From Bacteroidia bacterium (GTDB lineage Bacteria > Bacteroidota > Bacteroidia > SpSt-205), in the NCBI GenBank assembly GCA_026003235.1, contig BPGW01000001.1, positions 216,224 to 280,223 on the forward strand: 64,000 nucleotides of DNA, written 5' to 3'. The stretch's first letter is position 1, and every line of letters starts with the position of its first letter. Shown in pieces: positions 17,965 through 27,288 of this stretch. A program made the translations under genes and the position numbers. The notes below the pieces were generated by a model. The model ran no database searches and was not told where the DNA came from. It worked only from the letters and a program-made list of their open reading frames with translations.

Positions 17965-20280
17965 ATGGCACGGCTGGGGCTTGCGTGGCTGCTGTTGAGC
18001 TTTCTGTGGGGTCAAGAAGCGGAAGTAGTTTCTCGGCCCCGGGTAGGCCTGGTGTTATCAGGGGGCGGTGCACGGGGAGCAGCCCACGTAGGCGTGCTCC
18101 AAGCCCTTGAAGAAGCCGGCATCCCCATAGACTACATCACGGGCACTTCCATGGGCGCGATGGTCGGCGCCTTCTATGCGGCGGGCTATACGCCGGCCCA
18201 AATGCTCCTTCTCCTACTGCGAGAAAATCGCCGGTGGCTCGCTCCAGGCGCCTTCTACCGGGAATACGCCTACTATGCCCTGCCCAGGCCTCACGACATC
18301 ACGGCTTGGGAGATACCCCTGGAGTTTCTCTCTCGGGGCGATGCTCCTTTGCCGGAGCAGCTTTTCTCGGACTTTGAGATCAACCTGGGGCTCACAGAAA
18401 AGCTCGCTTCCGTGAACTTAGCTACGGGAGGCAACTTTGATAGCTTGCTTGTGCCGTATCGGGCCATTGGAGCCGATCTTTTTCGCAAACGAGCGGTGGT
18501 TTTTCGCGAGGGGAGCTTACCGCTGGCGGTGCGTGTCTCGATCTCGGTGCCGGTATTCTTCTCGCCTATTACCACCCGCAGCTACACGAACCTCGTAGAC
18601 GGGGGGGTGTACGATAACTTTCCCGTGGAGCCAATGAAGCGAGAATTTCACCCAGACTTCATCATTGGGGTGCATGTAGGCAGCCCCCCTATGAGCTTAG
18701 AGGAGTTCCGGCAAAAAGGCTACTACTGGCGGCTCTTTTCTCATTTGTCGGACCCCTTGAGCTGGCAAAAGCTGCCGGCGGAGAAGAGTTTTTTCATTCA
18801 GCCGGATTTAGGCGAGATGAGCAGCACCGATTTTTCCTCTTCGGCGCTTTCGTTTGCGGTGCGCCGAGGGTATGAAGCCGCCTCGGCCTGCCTTGAAGAG
18901 TTGCGGGAAGCGTTAGGGCCTCATCGGGCGGACTCTCTCCAGCTGGCCCTTCGTCGCAAAACCCTTCAGGCCTACTGGGGGCGACCTATTCCGGTGAGTC
19001 GCGTGGAGTTTTTCCCAGCTTCACGCAGCCAAGCTTTCTTCTACCGGCGGGTTTTGGGGGTGCGACCCGGTGACACCTTGACGATGGAGGGCCTGCGCCG
19101 TGCTTTTTTTCGCTTGCGTAAGGCCGCTTCGTTTTATAGCCTGTTTCCGGAGTTTGTGCCAGATACGACTTGTCGGGGTTCGGCTATTTTGACGGTGTAC
19201 CCGCGTTCTCGGGGGGAAAACTTTATTCGCGCAGGGCTCAGTGTCTTTTCTCCCTCGGGTTATACGGTTCAAGTGGGGGCGCGAGCCGAGAAGACTTGGT
19301 GGGTAGGCTGGCAAGGCGAAGTTTTCCTTACGCAGGGGAGCTTTGCTCAAGGGGTGGAGTTTCGGACTCGGGTGCGTCCGCCTTTGTCGCTGGATGTGCG
19401 ACTTTTTGGGGAAGCCCAGTTCAATCGCTATGTTTACCAACGCCTGGGGGCCTATTGGCTACCTCTTCCTCGTCAGGCGGGGGTATTCAGTGGGCTTGAT
19501 CAAGTGGGTGGGGGGATTCAGCTGGGCCTCAAGCGCTTTGAAGTGCAGGTCGGTCTTGCGCGCCAGCGGATAAACGACACGTGGGGAGAAGAACCTTTTC
19601 AGCGTGAGACAGCCGTGTCGGGGGAAAGCGCCTATCTACGCCTGCTGGTGGATACCGAAAATGACCGTCAGTATCCCACGGAAGGAGGCCGTCTGTACGC
19701 AGGGCTGTACCTCAATCGCATGCGTGAAGTGCCGCTTTTCTCTGGAGCTCCTTACGACGAAGCGCTCCACTACTGGCCGCAAGCGGTCCTCCGTTATCGG
19801 CAGAGCCTACAGGTCCTGCAGGGGCTAAGCCTGGGTCTGCGGGTAGAAGGGGGCCTTTCCCTCCAGAAGCCGTACGCCGACTCGGTGGCTTCCATTTTAG
19901 CTTCGCCGGCTTTTTACCCTTTTCCAGAGAGTCCTACCCTCTTTTTGCCTGAGCTCTACAATCGGGCCTTCGTAGCTGGGGGGGGCCACCTGACGATAGC
20001 TTTGATGCGGAAGCTTTCCCTGCGCCTGGAAGCTTTGCTTTATCAGCCGGCGATTCGGCTGGCTGCACCCACCCCTTCCCAGCCCTCAGGTGAATGGCTC
20101 GCTCCCTGGCAGGGGGCAAGCTGGCTTCCTCTCTATCGGTACGCCATGGCGGGGATCTTCTATCGGACTTTTCTGGGACCTCTGGGGGCTTTCATTAGCT
20201 ATTACGACCGACAGCCCCAACCTCTGCGGATTTTTCTGCACCTGGGCTTCACGCGCTTCTTAGAACGCCCTTGGCAATGA
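17965..20280 (+). CDS. patatin-like phospholipase with C-terminal outer-membrane beta-barrel (Omp85-like) region
   Basis: MARLGLAWLLLSFLWGQ signal peptide, then GLVLSGGGARGAAHVGVL, GTSMGA (GxSxG) and DGGVYDN (catalytic Asp). The long C-terminal part ends in an aromatic residue. The track N-terminal extension (17710) overlaps the ftsX-like gene and is Pro/Arg junk. Confidence 0.85.
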   Translation: MARLGLAWLLLSFLWGQEAEVVSRPRVGLVLSGGGARGAAHVGVLQALEEAGIPIDYITGTSMGAMVGAFYAAGYTPAQMLLLLLRENRRWLAPGAFYREYAYYALPRPHDITAWEIPLEFLSRGDAPLPEQLFSDFEINLGLTEKLASVNLATGGNFDSLLVPYRAIGADLFRKRAVVFREGSLPLAVRVSISVPVFFSPITTRSYTNLVDGGVYDNFPVEPMKREFHPDFIIGVHVGSPPMSLEEFRQKGYYWRLFSHLSDPLSWQKLPAEKSFFIQPDLGEMSSTDFSSSALSFAVRRGYEAASACLEELREALGPHRADSLQLALRRKTLQAYWGRPIPVSRVEFFPASRSQAFFYRRVLGVRPGDTLTMEGLRRAFFRLRKAASFYSLFPEFVPDTTCRGSAILTVYPRSRGENFIRAGLSVFSPSGYTVQVGARAEKTWWVGWQGEVFLTQGSFAQGVEFRTRVRPPLSLDVRLFGEAQFNRYVYQRLGAYWLPLPRQAGVFSGLDQVGGGIQLGLKRFEVQVGLARQRINDTWGEEPFQRETAVSGESAYLRLLVDTENDRQYPTEGGRLYAGLYLNRMREVPLFSGAPYDEALHYWPQAVLRYRQSLQVLQGLSLGLRVEGGLSLQKPYADSVASILASPAFYPFPESPTLFLPELYNRAFVAGGGHLTIALMRKLSLRLEALLYQPAIRLAAPTPSQPSGEWLAPWQGASWLPLYRYAMAGIFYRTFLGPLGAFISYYDRQPQPLRIFLHLGFTRFLERPWQ

Positions 20281-20295
20281 TGGCTTCCCAAGTAT

Positions 20296-20303
20296 TACTT
20301 TTG
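20296..20303 (+). promoter_or_regulatory. -7 promoter box TACTTTTG upstream of the usp gene
   Basis: Exact TAnnTTTG 6 nt upstream of ATG 20310. Confidence 0.45.
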
Positions 20304-20309
20304 CCTGAA

Positions 20310-21164
20310 ATGAAAGCGATAGTCCACCTCACCGATTTTTCTGCCGTAGCGCAGAACGCGTATGCTTACGCCTTGGCTGTGAGTCGTCAGCTTGGCGCTG
20401 AACTCCACATTGTCCACATCTATGACCGCCCTTATGCTAGTATTGCCTATCAGGGGGGGCTTTCAGCCGTCATAGATGAAACCCTGGACCAGCGCATCCG
20501 GGCCGAGCTGCGCAAACACCTTGAGCACTATGCGACCTCTCACCCCGCCGACGGCGTAAGGGTTCATCTGCACCTCTGGGGCGATCTCACCGTATGGCGA
20601 CCGGATCAGTATCTTGATAAGATTGCGGGCGCAGGGCTCCTTGTAATGGGCACGCGAGGCGCCACCAGCCTCTGGCACGGGGGCCTTTTCGGGACAAACA
20701 CCGCTCGCCTCATTCGTCATAGCCCTGTACCTGTGTTGGCTATTCACCCCGGCAATACCTACCAGCCTTACAAAAAGGTGCTCCTGCCGGTAGATATTTT
20801 TGACCAGCAGACGCCGCAGCTTGTTCAGCAAGCCCAAGCTTTTTTACGGCCTTGGGGTTCAGTGGAGGTCACCCTTCTTGTGGTGAATACTCCGTATGTT
20901 TTTTACGACACGCCTTCTATTGAGAAGTTCCTTCAAGAGCTCAAAGGCCAGGTGCCTACGGAAAGGCTTCATCTGCGGGTGTACAACGACATTTCTGTGG
21001 AAGAGGGTCTGCGCCAAGCCATGGAGGCTGAAAAGGCTGACCTGCTTGTGATGGGCACGCATGCGCGCAAGGGTTTAGCCCAGTTTCTGTTTGGGAGCAT
21101 CACAGAAAACGCGGCGCAGTACCTGGCGTATCCCCTTCTGGCGTTTCCTTTGGAGAAGAAGTAA
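20310..21164 (+). CDS. universal stress protein (tandem Usp domains)
   Basis: MKAIVHLTDFS..., LLVMGTRGA and LLVMGTHARKG motifs, one in each half. Start set by the -7 box; in-frame ATGs also occur at 20277 and 20280. Confidence 0.85.
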   Translation: MKAIVHLTDFSAVAQNAYAYALAVSRQLGAELHIVHIYDRPYASIAYQGGLSAVIDETLDQRIRAELRKHLEHYATSHPADGVRVHLHLWGDLTVWRPDQYLDKIAGAGLLVMGTRGATSLWHGGLFGTNTARLIRHSPVPVLAIHPGNTYQPYKKVLLPVDIFDQQTPQLVQQAQAFLRPWGSVEVTLLVVNTPYVFYDTPSIEKFLQELKGQVPTERLHLRVYNDISVEEGLRQAMEAEKADLLVMGTHARKGLAQFLFGSITENAAQYLAYPLLAFPLEKK

Positions 21165-21166
21165 AC

Positions 21167-22222
21167 TTACAGGCTTAGGTACCCGCTACTATGGGAGGCG
21201 GCTGCGCCGGTCCAGGTTTTGTGCGTGTTGGGCAGATGCAGCCACCGCAGAAGGCCAAGAAGTCCAAAGCCAATGGCCTCCCGATAGGCGACCAGCTCAG
21301 GCGGGGCGGGTAAGTAGGCGATAGGCGAGCCTTGAAGTTTGGAGAGGAGCGTTTCTACGAGGTAGGTGTTGTGGGTGCCGCCGCCGGTCAAGGTGAAGCG
21401 CTGCGCCCCTGCCTCTTGGAGGCTATGGGCCAGCTGCTCGGCAATAAGGTGGGTGGCGGTGTGGAGTTTGTCCTCCGGCGAAGCGGGATAGGTTAGGAAG
21501 GGCTGCACGAAATCTTGCTGGACGGTGAGGTTGTCTAAGGCGCGTGGGGGACGCCGAGTGAAAAAAGGGTGGCTTCGGAAAAGCTCAGCCAAAGCAGGGA
21601 CGAAGCGACCCTGACGGGCAAGGCGGCCTTCAGGGTCGTAAGCCAAGGCCGGATCAGCGCTGCGGGCCAGCGCATCCAGAAGCTGGTTACAGGGCGTTAC
21701 ATCATAGGCCAGGCGGGTAGGCACATGGGTGAGGTTGGCAATCCCGCCAAGATTGAGGAGGGTGGCATACGATTGGAAAAGGGCCTCATCCGCAGAGGGA
21801 ATGAGCGGTGCACCGGTGCCCCCGCTGGCTATGTCCCGAGCCCGCAGGTGATGTACCACGGGCAGGCCCGTCAGAACCCGCAGCCGTTCGCCGTCTCCCA
21901 AACTCCAGGTAAGGCCTCGGGGTGGGTCGTGGTAGATGGTGTGGGGATGCCATACCAGCACGTCGGCCACGCAGTGCAGGCGCCACTGGCGGACCACCTG
22001 CGCCGTCCAGTCGGTGTAAGCGATGCTTAGGTGAAGTAGCTCTTGGGCAGGCAGCGTGTAAGCCCGCCGCAGGGTCTCTGTCAGCGTAGGGGGATAGGCC
22101 GTTGTGGTGCCTTCCAGGAGGGTGTAGCGCCAGGTGGTTCCCTTCCTTTGGAAGAGGGTCAAGGCCAGGGTTACGCCATCGGCCGAACTGCCGGCCATCA
22201 GCGAGAGCACGCGCCAGGTCAT
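21167..22222 (-). CDS. anmK: anhydro-N-acetylmuramic acid kinase
   Basis: MTWRVLSLMAGSSADGV (compare GLMSGTSxDG), RARDIASGGTGAPLIP. Start at 22222 overlaps the upstream stop (ATGA). The 64-aa track extension is Pro/Ser-rich overlap junk. Confidence 0.85.
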   Translation of the reverse strand: MTWRVLSLMAGSSADGVTLALTLFQRKGTTWRYTLLEGTTTAYPPTLTETLRRAYTLPAQELLHLSIAYTDWTAQVVRQWRLHCVADVLVWHPHTIYHDPPRGLTWSLGDGERLRVLTGLPVVHHLRARDIASGGTGAPLIPSADEALFQSYATLLNLGGIANLTHVPTRLAYDVTPCNQLLDALARSADPALAYDPEGRLARQGRFVPALAELFRSHPFFTRRPPRALDNLTVQQDFVQPFLTYPASPEDKLHTATHLIAEQLAHSLQEAGAQRFTLTGGGTHNTYLVETLLSKLQGSPIAYLPAPPELVAYREAIGFGLLGLLRWLHLPNTHKTWTGAAASHSSGYLSL

Positions 22223-23391
22223 TGGCCTACAAGACGGAGATAAAAGGCTTTTAGGCGGGGAAGGAGGGCTTTTCGGTCGTAGTGGGTTTCGGCCAGCTGG
22301 CGTGCCGCAGCCCCCATGCGCTGGCGGTGGGCCAAGTCCGTGAAAAGCACGCTCATGGCTTCCAGAAAAGCTTCTGGGGTGTCGGCCAGGTGCAGGTGTA
22401 GGCCGTCTTGGCAAATCAGACTTTCGGCGGCGACGGAGGTGGCGACAATGGCCCGGCCCGTAGCAAAAGCCTCAATAAGCTTGATCCGGATGCCGCTCCC
22501 TGAAAAAAGCGGACTCAAGAAAATCTCATGCTGATAGAAGAATTCCAGGGCATTGGGCACTTCGCCAAGGATGTGGGTGTGGCTATCGGCGTAGCGGTAC
22601 AACCACCGTGGGCAGTTGCGACCGGCGATAGAGAGCTCCGCTTCCGGGAAGCGGCGCCGAAAAGCCGGCCAAACTTTCTCCAGGAGCCATACCACCGCCT
22701 GCTGGTTGGGCAGCCAGTCCAGCCCTCCAATAAAGCCTATGCGAGGGTGAGCTTGGCCCAAAGGAGGCGCAGCGTACTTCTCCACTTCAATACCGAAGGG
22801 GAAAACTTCCATGGGGCCTCGGTAGCCTGCCTGATAGGCCCAGTCGGCTTCCTTCTCAGAAATGGGCAGCAGGCCCGCGTACGCATGTAGGCTTTTAGCC
22901 TCGTAGGCACGAATGCGCTTAGTTTGCAAGCGAAGGTAAGGGCGTAAAAGCGGCTTGGCTTCTGTCGTGTGCCGTTCCCAAATCTGCCACTCAATGTTGT
23001 GGAGGCGGTACACGGCGGGTACGGAAAGGCCTTCTATGTAGGGCGTAAGGTAGGGGCTCTCCACCTGGATAAGGTCGGGCTGGTAGTCAGCCAGTAGGTC
23101 TTGAAGGGCTTTTCGGTAGAGGGGGGAGCGGAAGCGGGCTACATGGTAGGGCTCTCTGCGGAAGAGGTTAAGGAGGGCTCCCCAGGGGGTAGGACGGGTA
23201 GGTACGGGGACGGCTTGCAAGGGTACCGGCGTGGAATAGTGAGGATCGTAGGGGTGTTTGTAGGTGCTCATGGCAAGGCAGCGAGCCGACCACCCCGCCA
23301 AGCTCCACATCTCTAAAAAGTAGGCATTTCCCACTGCGCCGCCGTCTTTGGGAGGATAGGGCGGCTTAGGCGAGAGCTGCAGGAGCCGCAC
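22219..23391 (-). CDS. glycosyltransferase family 4/1
   Basis: 390 aa, GTG start, MRLLQLSPKPPYPPKDGG N-terminus. C-terminal GT-B core with EAFATGRAIVAT. Confidence 0.8.
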   Translation of the reverse strand: MRLLQLSPKPPYPPKDGGAVGNAYFLEMWSLAGWSARCLAMSTYKHPYDPHYSTPVPLQAVPVPTRPTPWGALLNLFRREPYHVARFRSPLYRKALQDLLADYQPDLIQVESPYLTPYIEGLSVPAVYRLHNIEWQIWERHTTEAKPLLRPYLRLQTKRIRAYEAKSLHAYAGLLPISEKEADWAYQAGYRGPMEVFPFGIEVEKYAAPPLGQAHPRIGFIGGLDWLPNQQAVVWLLEKVWPAFRRRFPEAELSIAGRNCPRWLYRYADSHTHILGEVPNALEFFYQHEIFLSPLFSGSGIRIKLIEAFATGRAIVATSVAAESLICQDGLHLHLADTPEAFLEAMSVLFTDLAHRQRMGAAARQLAETHYDRKALLPRLKAFYLRLVGQ

Positions 23392-23691
23392 TCAAAAAAG
23401 GGTTTTGTCGGGCTTTTCTTCGGGGGTAGGGGCTTCTGAAGGAGAGGCTTTTGGCGTAGGCTCAGGCCCAGGAAGGTGGGAGTCATGGAGGGGCCGGTTC
23501 GCAGCGGCAAGAGGAGAGTGGCTTTCTTCCAGGCCAAGCTTAGCCAGCGAGCGCTTTACCTGCTGGAGGTGCCATTCGGCTCGGCGTCGTAACGCTGTCA
23601 GGCGCATTTTCTCCTGCCAGGCCTTGCGCTCCAGCAGCTCTTTCTTGTAAGCGGCCTTGAGGGCCTCGTACTCCTCCGGCGAATAGGGCAT
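23392..23691 (-). CDS. hypothetical protein (coiled-coil N-terminal half, Pro-rich tail)
   Basis: 99-aa ORF packed between pspA (2-nt gap) and the glycosyltransferase (abutting). I recognise no motif. Confidence 0.5.
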   Translation of the reverse strand: MPYSPEEYEALKAAYKKELLERKAWQEKMRLTALRRRAEWHLQQVKRSLAKLGLEESHSPLAAANRPLHDSHLPGPEPTPKASPSEAPTPEEKPDKTLF

Positions 23692-23693
23692 AC

Positions 23694-24446
23694 CTACATC
23701 AGGGGCTCCTTGCCTTCTTTTTCAGCGGGTGGAGGGGGCGCTTCAGAGGATTCCTGGGGGTTTTTCGGGGCTGAGGTTCCCAGTCCCAGTTCTGCTTTTA
23801 GGCGAGCAAGCGCCTCCTGAGCTTGAATTTTTTCCATTTCCTCGTCCAGCTTGAGCTTGGAGGTGTCTATGCTGTCCAAGGCAACTTCAAGGCGAGCTTC
23901 GTATTGGGCGGACTTTTCCTGGAGGCGGCGTACCATTTCGTCGTGGGTTTGGTCAATGCCCCCCACTTCAAACTGCTCAAACGCATCAGCGATTTTGGCT
24001 TGCCACTTCGCGCGCTCATATTGCTGGAGGGCAGCCCGCGCTTCCTGGATTTTGCGTTCTTTCTCTCGCAGGAAAAGCTTCTTGATCTCCAGGGCTTTTT
24101 CGTAAGCGCGCCGAGCGGCTTCCAGTTCACTTTCGGTATGGGCGATGCTTTCTTTGAGCTTCTCTATACGCAGCGCGTACCCCTGGGCCAGGTCTTCCCG
24201 GCCCTGATTCAGGGCAGCCTTCACACGGTTGATGAGCTCGTTGTACTCTTTCCGGTATTTTTCCAGTTCTCTTTCAAGCAGAGTCACCGTCGCCTTGACA
24301 GAAGCGATGTTTTCGTTCATTTTAGGCACCTGCTCATTCAGCTCGCGGATGTTCTGCTCAAGGATGAGCTTGGGGTCCTCCAGGGTTTCTACGGCCTTAC
24401 CGAGGAGGGCGCGCAGGGCTCGCTTAAGTCTTTTCCACAACGACAT
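23694..24446 (-). CDS. pspA: PspA/IM30 family protein
   Basis: MSLWKRLKRALRALLGKAVETLEDPKLILEQNIRE, with long coiled coil throughout. Confidence 0.88.
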   Translation of the reverse strand: MSLWKRLKRALRALLGKAVETLEDPKLILEQNIRELNEQVPKMNENIASVKATVTLLERELEKYRKEYNELINRVKAALNQGREDLAQGYALRIEKLKESIAHTESELEAARRAYEKALEIKKLFLREKERKIQEARAALQQYERAKWQAKIADAFEQFEVGGIDQTHDEMVRRLQEKSAQYEARLEVALDSIDTSKLKLDEEMEKIQAQEALARLKAELGLGTSAPKNPQESSEAPPPPAEKEGKEPLM

Positions 24447-25425
24447 GAGGGTTCAAGAAGGAATGCAGGGTTTCCATGTCGGCGGCAGGCCCTAAAAAGA
24501 GCGGGGTACGCTGATGGATTTTTGTGGCGGGCACGTCGAGGAGGGGCATTTTTCCGTTGGAGGCTTTGCCTCCGGCCTCTTCCACCAGCCAAGCCATGGG
24601 ATAGCCCTCGTAGAGAAGGCGAAGTTTGCCTTCGGGTTTCTTGACGGTGCCAGGGTAGAAGAAAAGGCCGCCTTTCAGAAGGTTGCGATGCACATCCGCC
24701 ACCAGGGAACCCACATACCGCAGGGATTGCGGCTTTTCTGCGGTTTGGTTTTGGGTGCGGAGGTGCTGGATGTAGCGCTGTAGGCCAGGCTCCCATTCGT
24801 GGAGCTGGTTGTCGTTGAAGGAGTAGTACTGGCTTTTCTCGGGCATCCGCACGGCGGGGTAGGTCAGGAGGAATTCCCCCGCGGCGGGCTCCAGCGTAAA
24901 GCCGTGTACACCTTGGCCCGTGGTGTAGAAGAGCAGCGTGCTGGTGCCATACAAGATATAGCCGGCTGCCACCTGGGCTCGGCCCCCTTGGAGAAAGTCC
25001 TTCTCTTCGCAGGGGGAGCCCACAGGAGTGATGCGCCGGTAAATAGAGAAGATGGTGCCCACAGGCACCCCCACATCAATGTTGGAAGAGCCGTCCAGGG
25101 GATCCAAGAGGATTACATACTTGCCGTGGGGATCTGTAGGCAGGATGTGTTCTTCCTCTTCGGAGGCTAAGCCGGCCACATGGGGGTTCTGCGAGAAGAG
25201 CCGGATAAAAAGCGTATTGGCCAGGTGATCCAGCTTTTGTACCGCTTCGCCTTGGATGTTGGTCAGCCCTATCTCGCCCAGGAGGCCAGACAAAGAAGCC
25301 CGCCGTAGGTAGAAGCTGATAAGTTTGGCCCCTAAACTCAGGTCTCGTAAAATTTTGGAGAAAGCGCCTGTCGCTCCTTCAAACTCTTGCTGGCGATCTA
25401 CAAGAAACTGTTCTAATGTTACCAT
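24424..25425 (-). CDS. fbp: class 1 fructose-1,6-bisphosphatase
   Basis: 333 aa. LDPLDGSSNIDV metal-binding motif, YEGYPMAWLVEEAGG. Confidence 0.93.
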   Translation of the reverse strand: MVTLEQFLVDRQQEFEGATGAFSKILRDLSLGAKLISFYLRRASLSGLLGEIGLTNIQGEAVQKLDHLANTLFIRLFSQNPHVAGLASEEEEHILPTDPHGKYVILLDPLDGSSNIDVGVPVGTIFSIYRRITPVGSPCEEKDFLQGGRAQVAAGYILYGTSTLLFYTTGQGVHGFTLEPAAGEFLLTYPAVRMPEKSQYYSFNDNQLHEWEPGLQRYIQHLRTQNQTAEKPQSLRYVGSLVADVHRNLLKGGLFFYPGTVKKPEGKLRLLYEGYPMAWLVEEAGGKASNGKMPLLDVPATKIHQRTPLFLGPAADMETLHSFLNPHVVVEKT

Positions 25426-25426
25426 G

Positions 25427-25516
25427 CGGAGAGAGAGGGATTCGAACCCCCGAGGCGGTTCGTCACCGCCTACCTGATTTCAAGTCAGGCCCGTTCGACC
25501 ACTCCGGCATCTCTCC
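25427..25516 (-). tRNA. tRNA-Ser (anticodon UGA)
   Basis: Hand-folded 90-nt class II tRNA. Acceptor GGAGAGA/TCTCTCC, anticodon stem CCTGA/TCAGG with loop CTTGAAA, long variable arm, GGTTCGAATCC T-loop, discriminator G. No encoded CCA. Confidence 0.9.
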
Positions 25517-25520
25517 GGTA

Positions 25521-25528
25521 CAAAGATA
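25521..25528 (-). promoter_or_regulatory. -7 promoter box TATCTTTG upstream of tRNA-Ser
   Basis: Exact TAnnTTTG on the minus strand, 4 nt upstream of the tRNA 5' end. Confidence 0.45.
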
Positions 25529-25552
25529 CGAAGCTTTATACTCCAAAAGCCT

Positions 25553-25560
25553 TACCTTTG
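25553..25560 (+). promoter_or_regulatory. -7 promoter box TACCTTTG upstream of porV
   Basis: Exact TAnnTTTG 23 nt upstream of ATG 25584. Confidence 0.35.
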
Positions 25561-25583
25561 TCGCAGGGGTTGTTGCTTTGCGT

Positions 25584-26714
25584 ATGCGCAAGCAGGTGAT
25601 TTGCGTGCTGGTAGGGGCGGCTATCCTTCCGAGCAGGGGATGGGGGCAAGCTCCTTCCAATTCAGCCGGTCAGATTCGGGCTATTACGACAGCGGTGCCT
25701 TTTCTGTTGATCTGTCCCGATGCCCGCAGTGGGGGGATGGCCGAAACGGGTGTCGCGCTTTCTCCTTCCATGTACAGCATGCATTGGAATGTGGGGGCTC
25801 TTGCGTTTATGCCGGAACGGGCGGGGGCAGCTTTTTCTTACACGCCTTGGCTCCGAGCCTTGGGTATTGGCGACATCAACCACTTTTACCTGCCGGCCGC
25901 GTGGAATATCAGCGAAAAGGCTGGGGCCATTGGGGCTTCGCTGACTTTCTTCAGCCTCGGCAAGATTGAGTTCACCGACAACGCGGGTATCAAGACCGGC
26001 GAATACGACGCCAACGAGTTTGCTTTTTCCACGGGCTACAGCCATGTCATTACGGGCAACCTTTCAGCCGGGGTGGCGCTCAAGTACATTCAGAGCAACC
26101 TGACGGGGGCCACTACGGTGGGTGGGCTCACGACGCAGCCGGGCCGTTCTGTTGCAGGGGATATGGGGGTCTACTACCAGAAAGATGTGACCCTCAAGGT
26201 CAAACCTCAACCCCTTCCCCTTACGATCCGGTGGGGCGTGCACCTCAGCAACATCGGCGCCAAGATGGCCTACACCACCTCCGGCCAAAAGGACTTCCTG
26301 CCAGGGAATTTGCGGGTAGGGTACGCCCTCACGCTCAAGCTGGATGAGTTCAATAGCTTCACGCTGGCCAACGACTACAACAAGCTGCTGGTCCCTTCGG
26401 CGGGAGGAGCGGCTCCTGTGGCGCTCTTGGAGGGCATCTTCAAGAGCTTTGGGGATGCGCCAGGGGGGTGGCGAGAAGAACTCTCAGAAATCTACTGGAG
26501 CGTAGGGGCAGAGTACGACTACAACCGGATCTTCCGGGTGCGGGGCGGGTTTTTCTACGAGGACCCCATGAAGGGCAACCGGCGCTTTATCACGCTGGGA
26601 GCTGGGCTAAGCTTTCGGCAGATTGGGCTGGATGCGGCTTACCTGACTTCGCTGGTGCAGAACCACCCCCTTCAGAACACGCTGCGGTTTACGCTGTATT
26701 ACCTTTGGAAGTGA
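25584..26714 (+). CDS. porV: type IX secretion system outer membrane channel protein PorV
   Basis: Signal peptide MRKQVICVLVGAAILPSRGWGQ, then the family hallmark ITTAVPFLLICPDARSGGMAETGVALSP..HWN. The track N-terminal extension runs antisense through the tRNA. Confidence 0.85.
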   Translation: MRKQVICVLVGAAILPSRGWGQAPSNSAGQIRAITTAVPFLLICPDARSGGMAETGVALSPSMYSMHWNVGALAFMPERAGAAFSYTPWLRALGIGDINHFYLPAAWNISEKAGAIGASLTFFSLGKIEFTDNAGIKTGEYDANEFAFSTGYSHVITGNLSAGVALKYIQSNLTGATTVGGLTTQPGRSVAGDMGVYYQKDVTLKVKPQPLPLTIRWGVHLSNIGAKMAYTTSGQKDFLPGNLRVGYALTLKLDEFNSFTLANDYNKLLVPSAGGAAPVALLEGIFKSFGDAPGGWREELSEIYWSVGAEYDYNRIFRVRGGFFYEDPMKGNRRFITLGAGLSFRQIGLDAAYLTSLVQNHPLQNTLRFTLYYLWK

Positions 26715-27258
26715 GAGGGGGTAGCCAGAGCGTGCCGTCTTCGGCGGAGAGCACCAGGGCCCAACCCTGGTGAGCGAGCCATCCTATAGCCCAGCAAGCC
26801 ACGGCGTCCCATTCGTGCACCGAAGTCGGGCGAGCCTGAAGGCCTTGTTTTTCGGCCCAGGCAGCCAGGAGCGCAAGGTCTTTTCGGCGGGGGCGAAAGC
26901 CCGCCTTTTCTCCCAGCCAGGCGTACAACGCCCAGGGGAAAGTCTCATGAAAGGCCTGACCCCTTCCTCGGTCAAGCAGCCTACGAGCCCGCTGGTGCAG
27001 CGCGCGCATAGCAGGCCAACTGAGGGGCAGAGGCGTGAGTCCGTAACCGTGCAGGCGCTTGTCGCAGGAGCGAAAAGGCCCTTCTGCGGCGGTGAGCGGC
27101 GCATCTATCCACACCGCTTTGACAGCCTCTATGGCTTTCAGCAGGGCTTCGTCTGAGAAGACGGTAAACACCGTGAGGTCCTCCCATCCCTCGCCTACGG
27201 CGACGGCTGAAGGCTTAGCCGGCGAAGCCGCCAGGTCTACCCCCGCCCACTTTTCCAT
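26689..27258 (-). CDS. DUF429 domain protein (predicted RNase H-like fold)
   Basis: 189 aa; MEKWAGVDLAASPAKPSAVAV...WIDAPL pattern. Function unknown. Confidence 0.55.
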   Translation of the reverse strand: MEKWAGVDLAASPAKPSAVAVGEGWEDLTVFTVFSDEALLKAIEAVKAVWIDAPLTAAEGPFRSCDKRLHGYGLTPLPLSWPAMRALHQRARRLLDRGRGQAFHETFPWALYAWLGEKAGFRPRRKDLALLAAWAEKQGLQARPTSVHEWDAVACWAIGWLAHQGWALVLSAEDGTLWLPPLTSKGNTA

Positions 27259-27288
27259 CGTCTTTGAGAAACCCCTAATTTAGCTACC

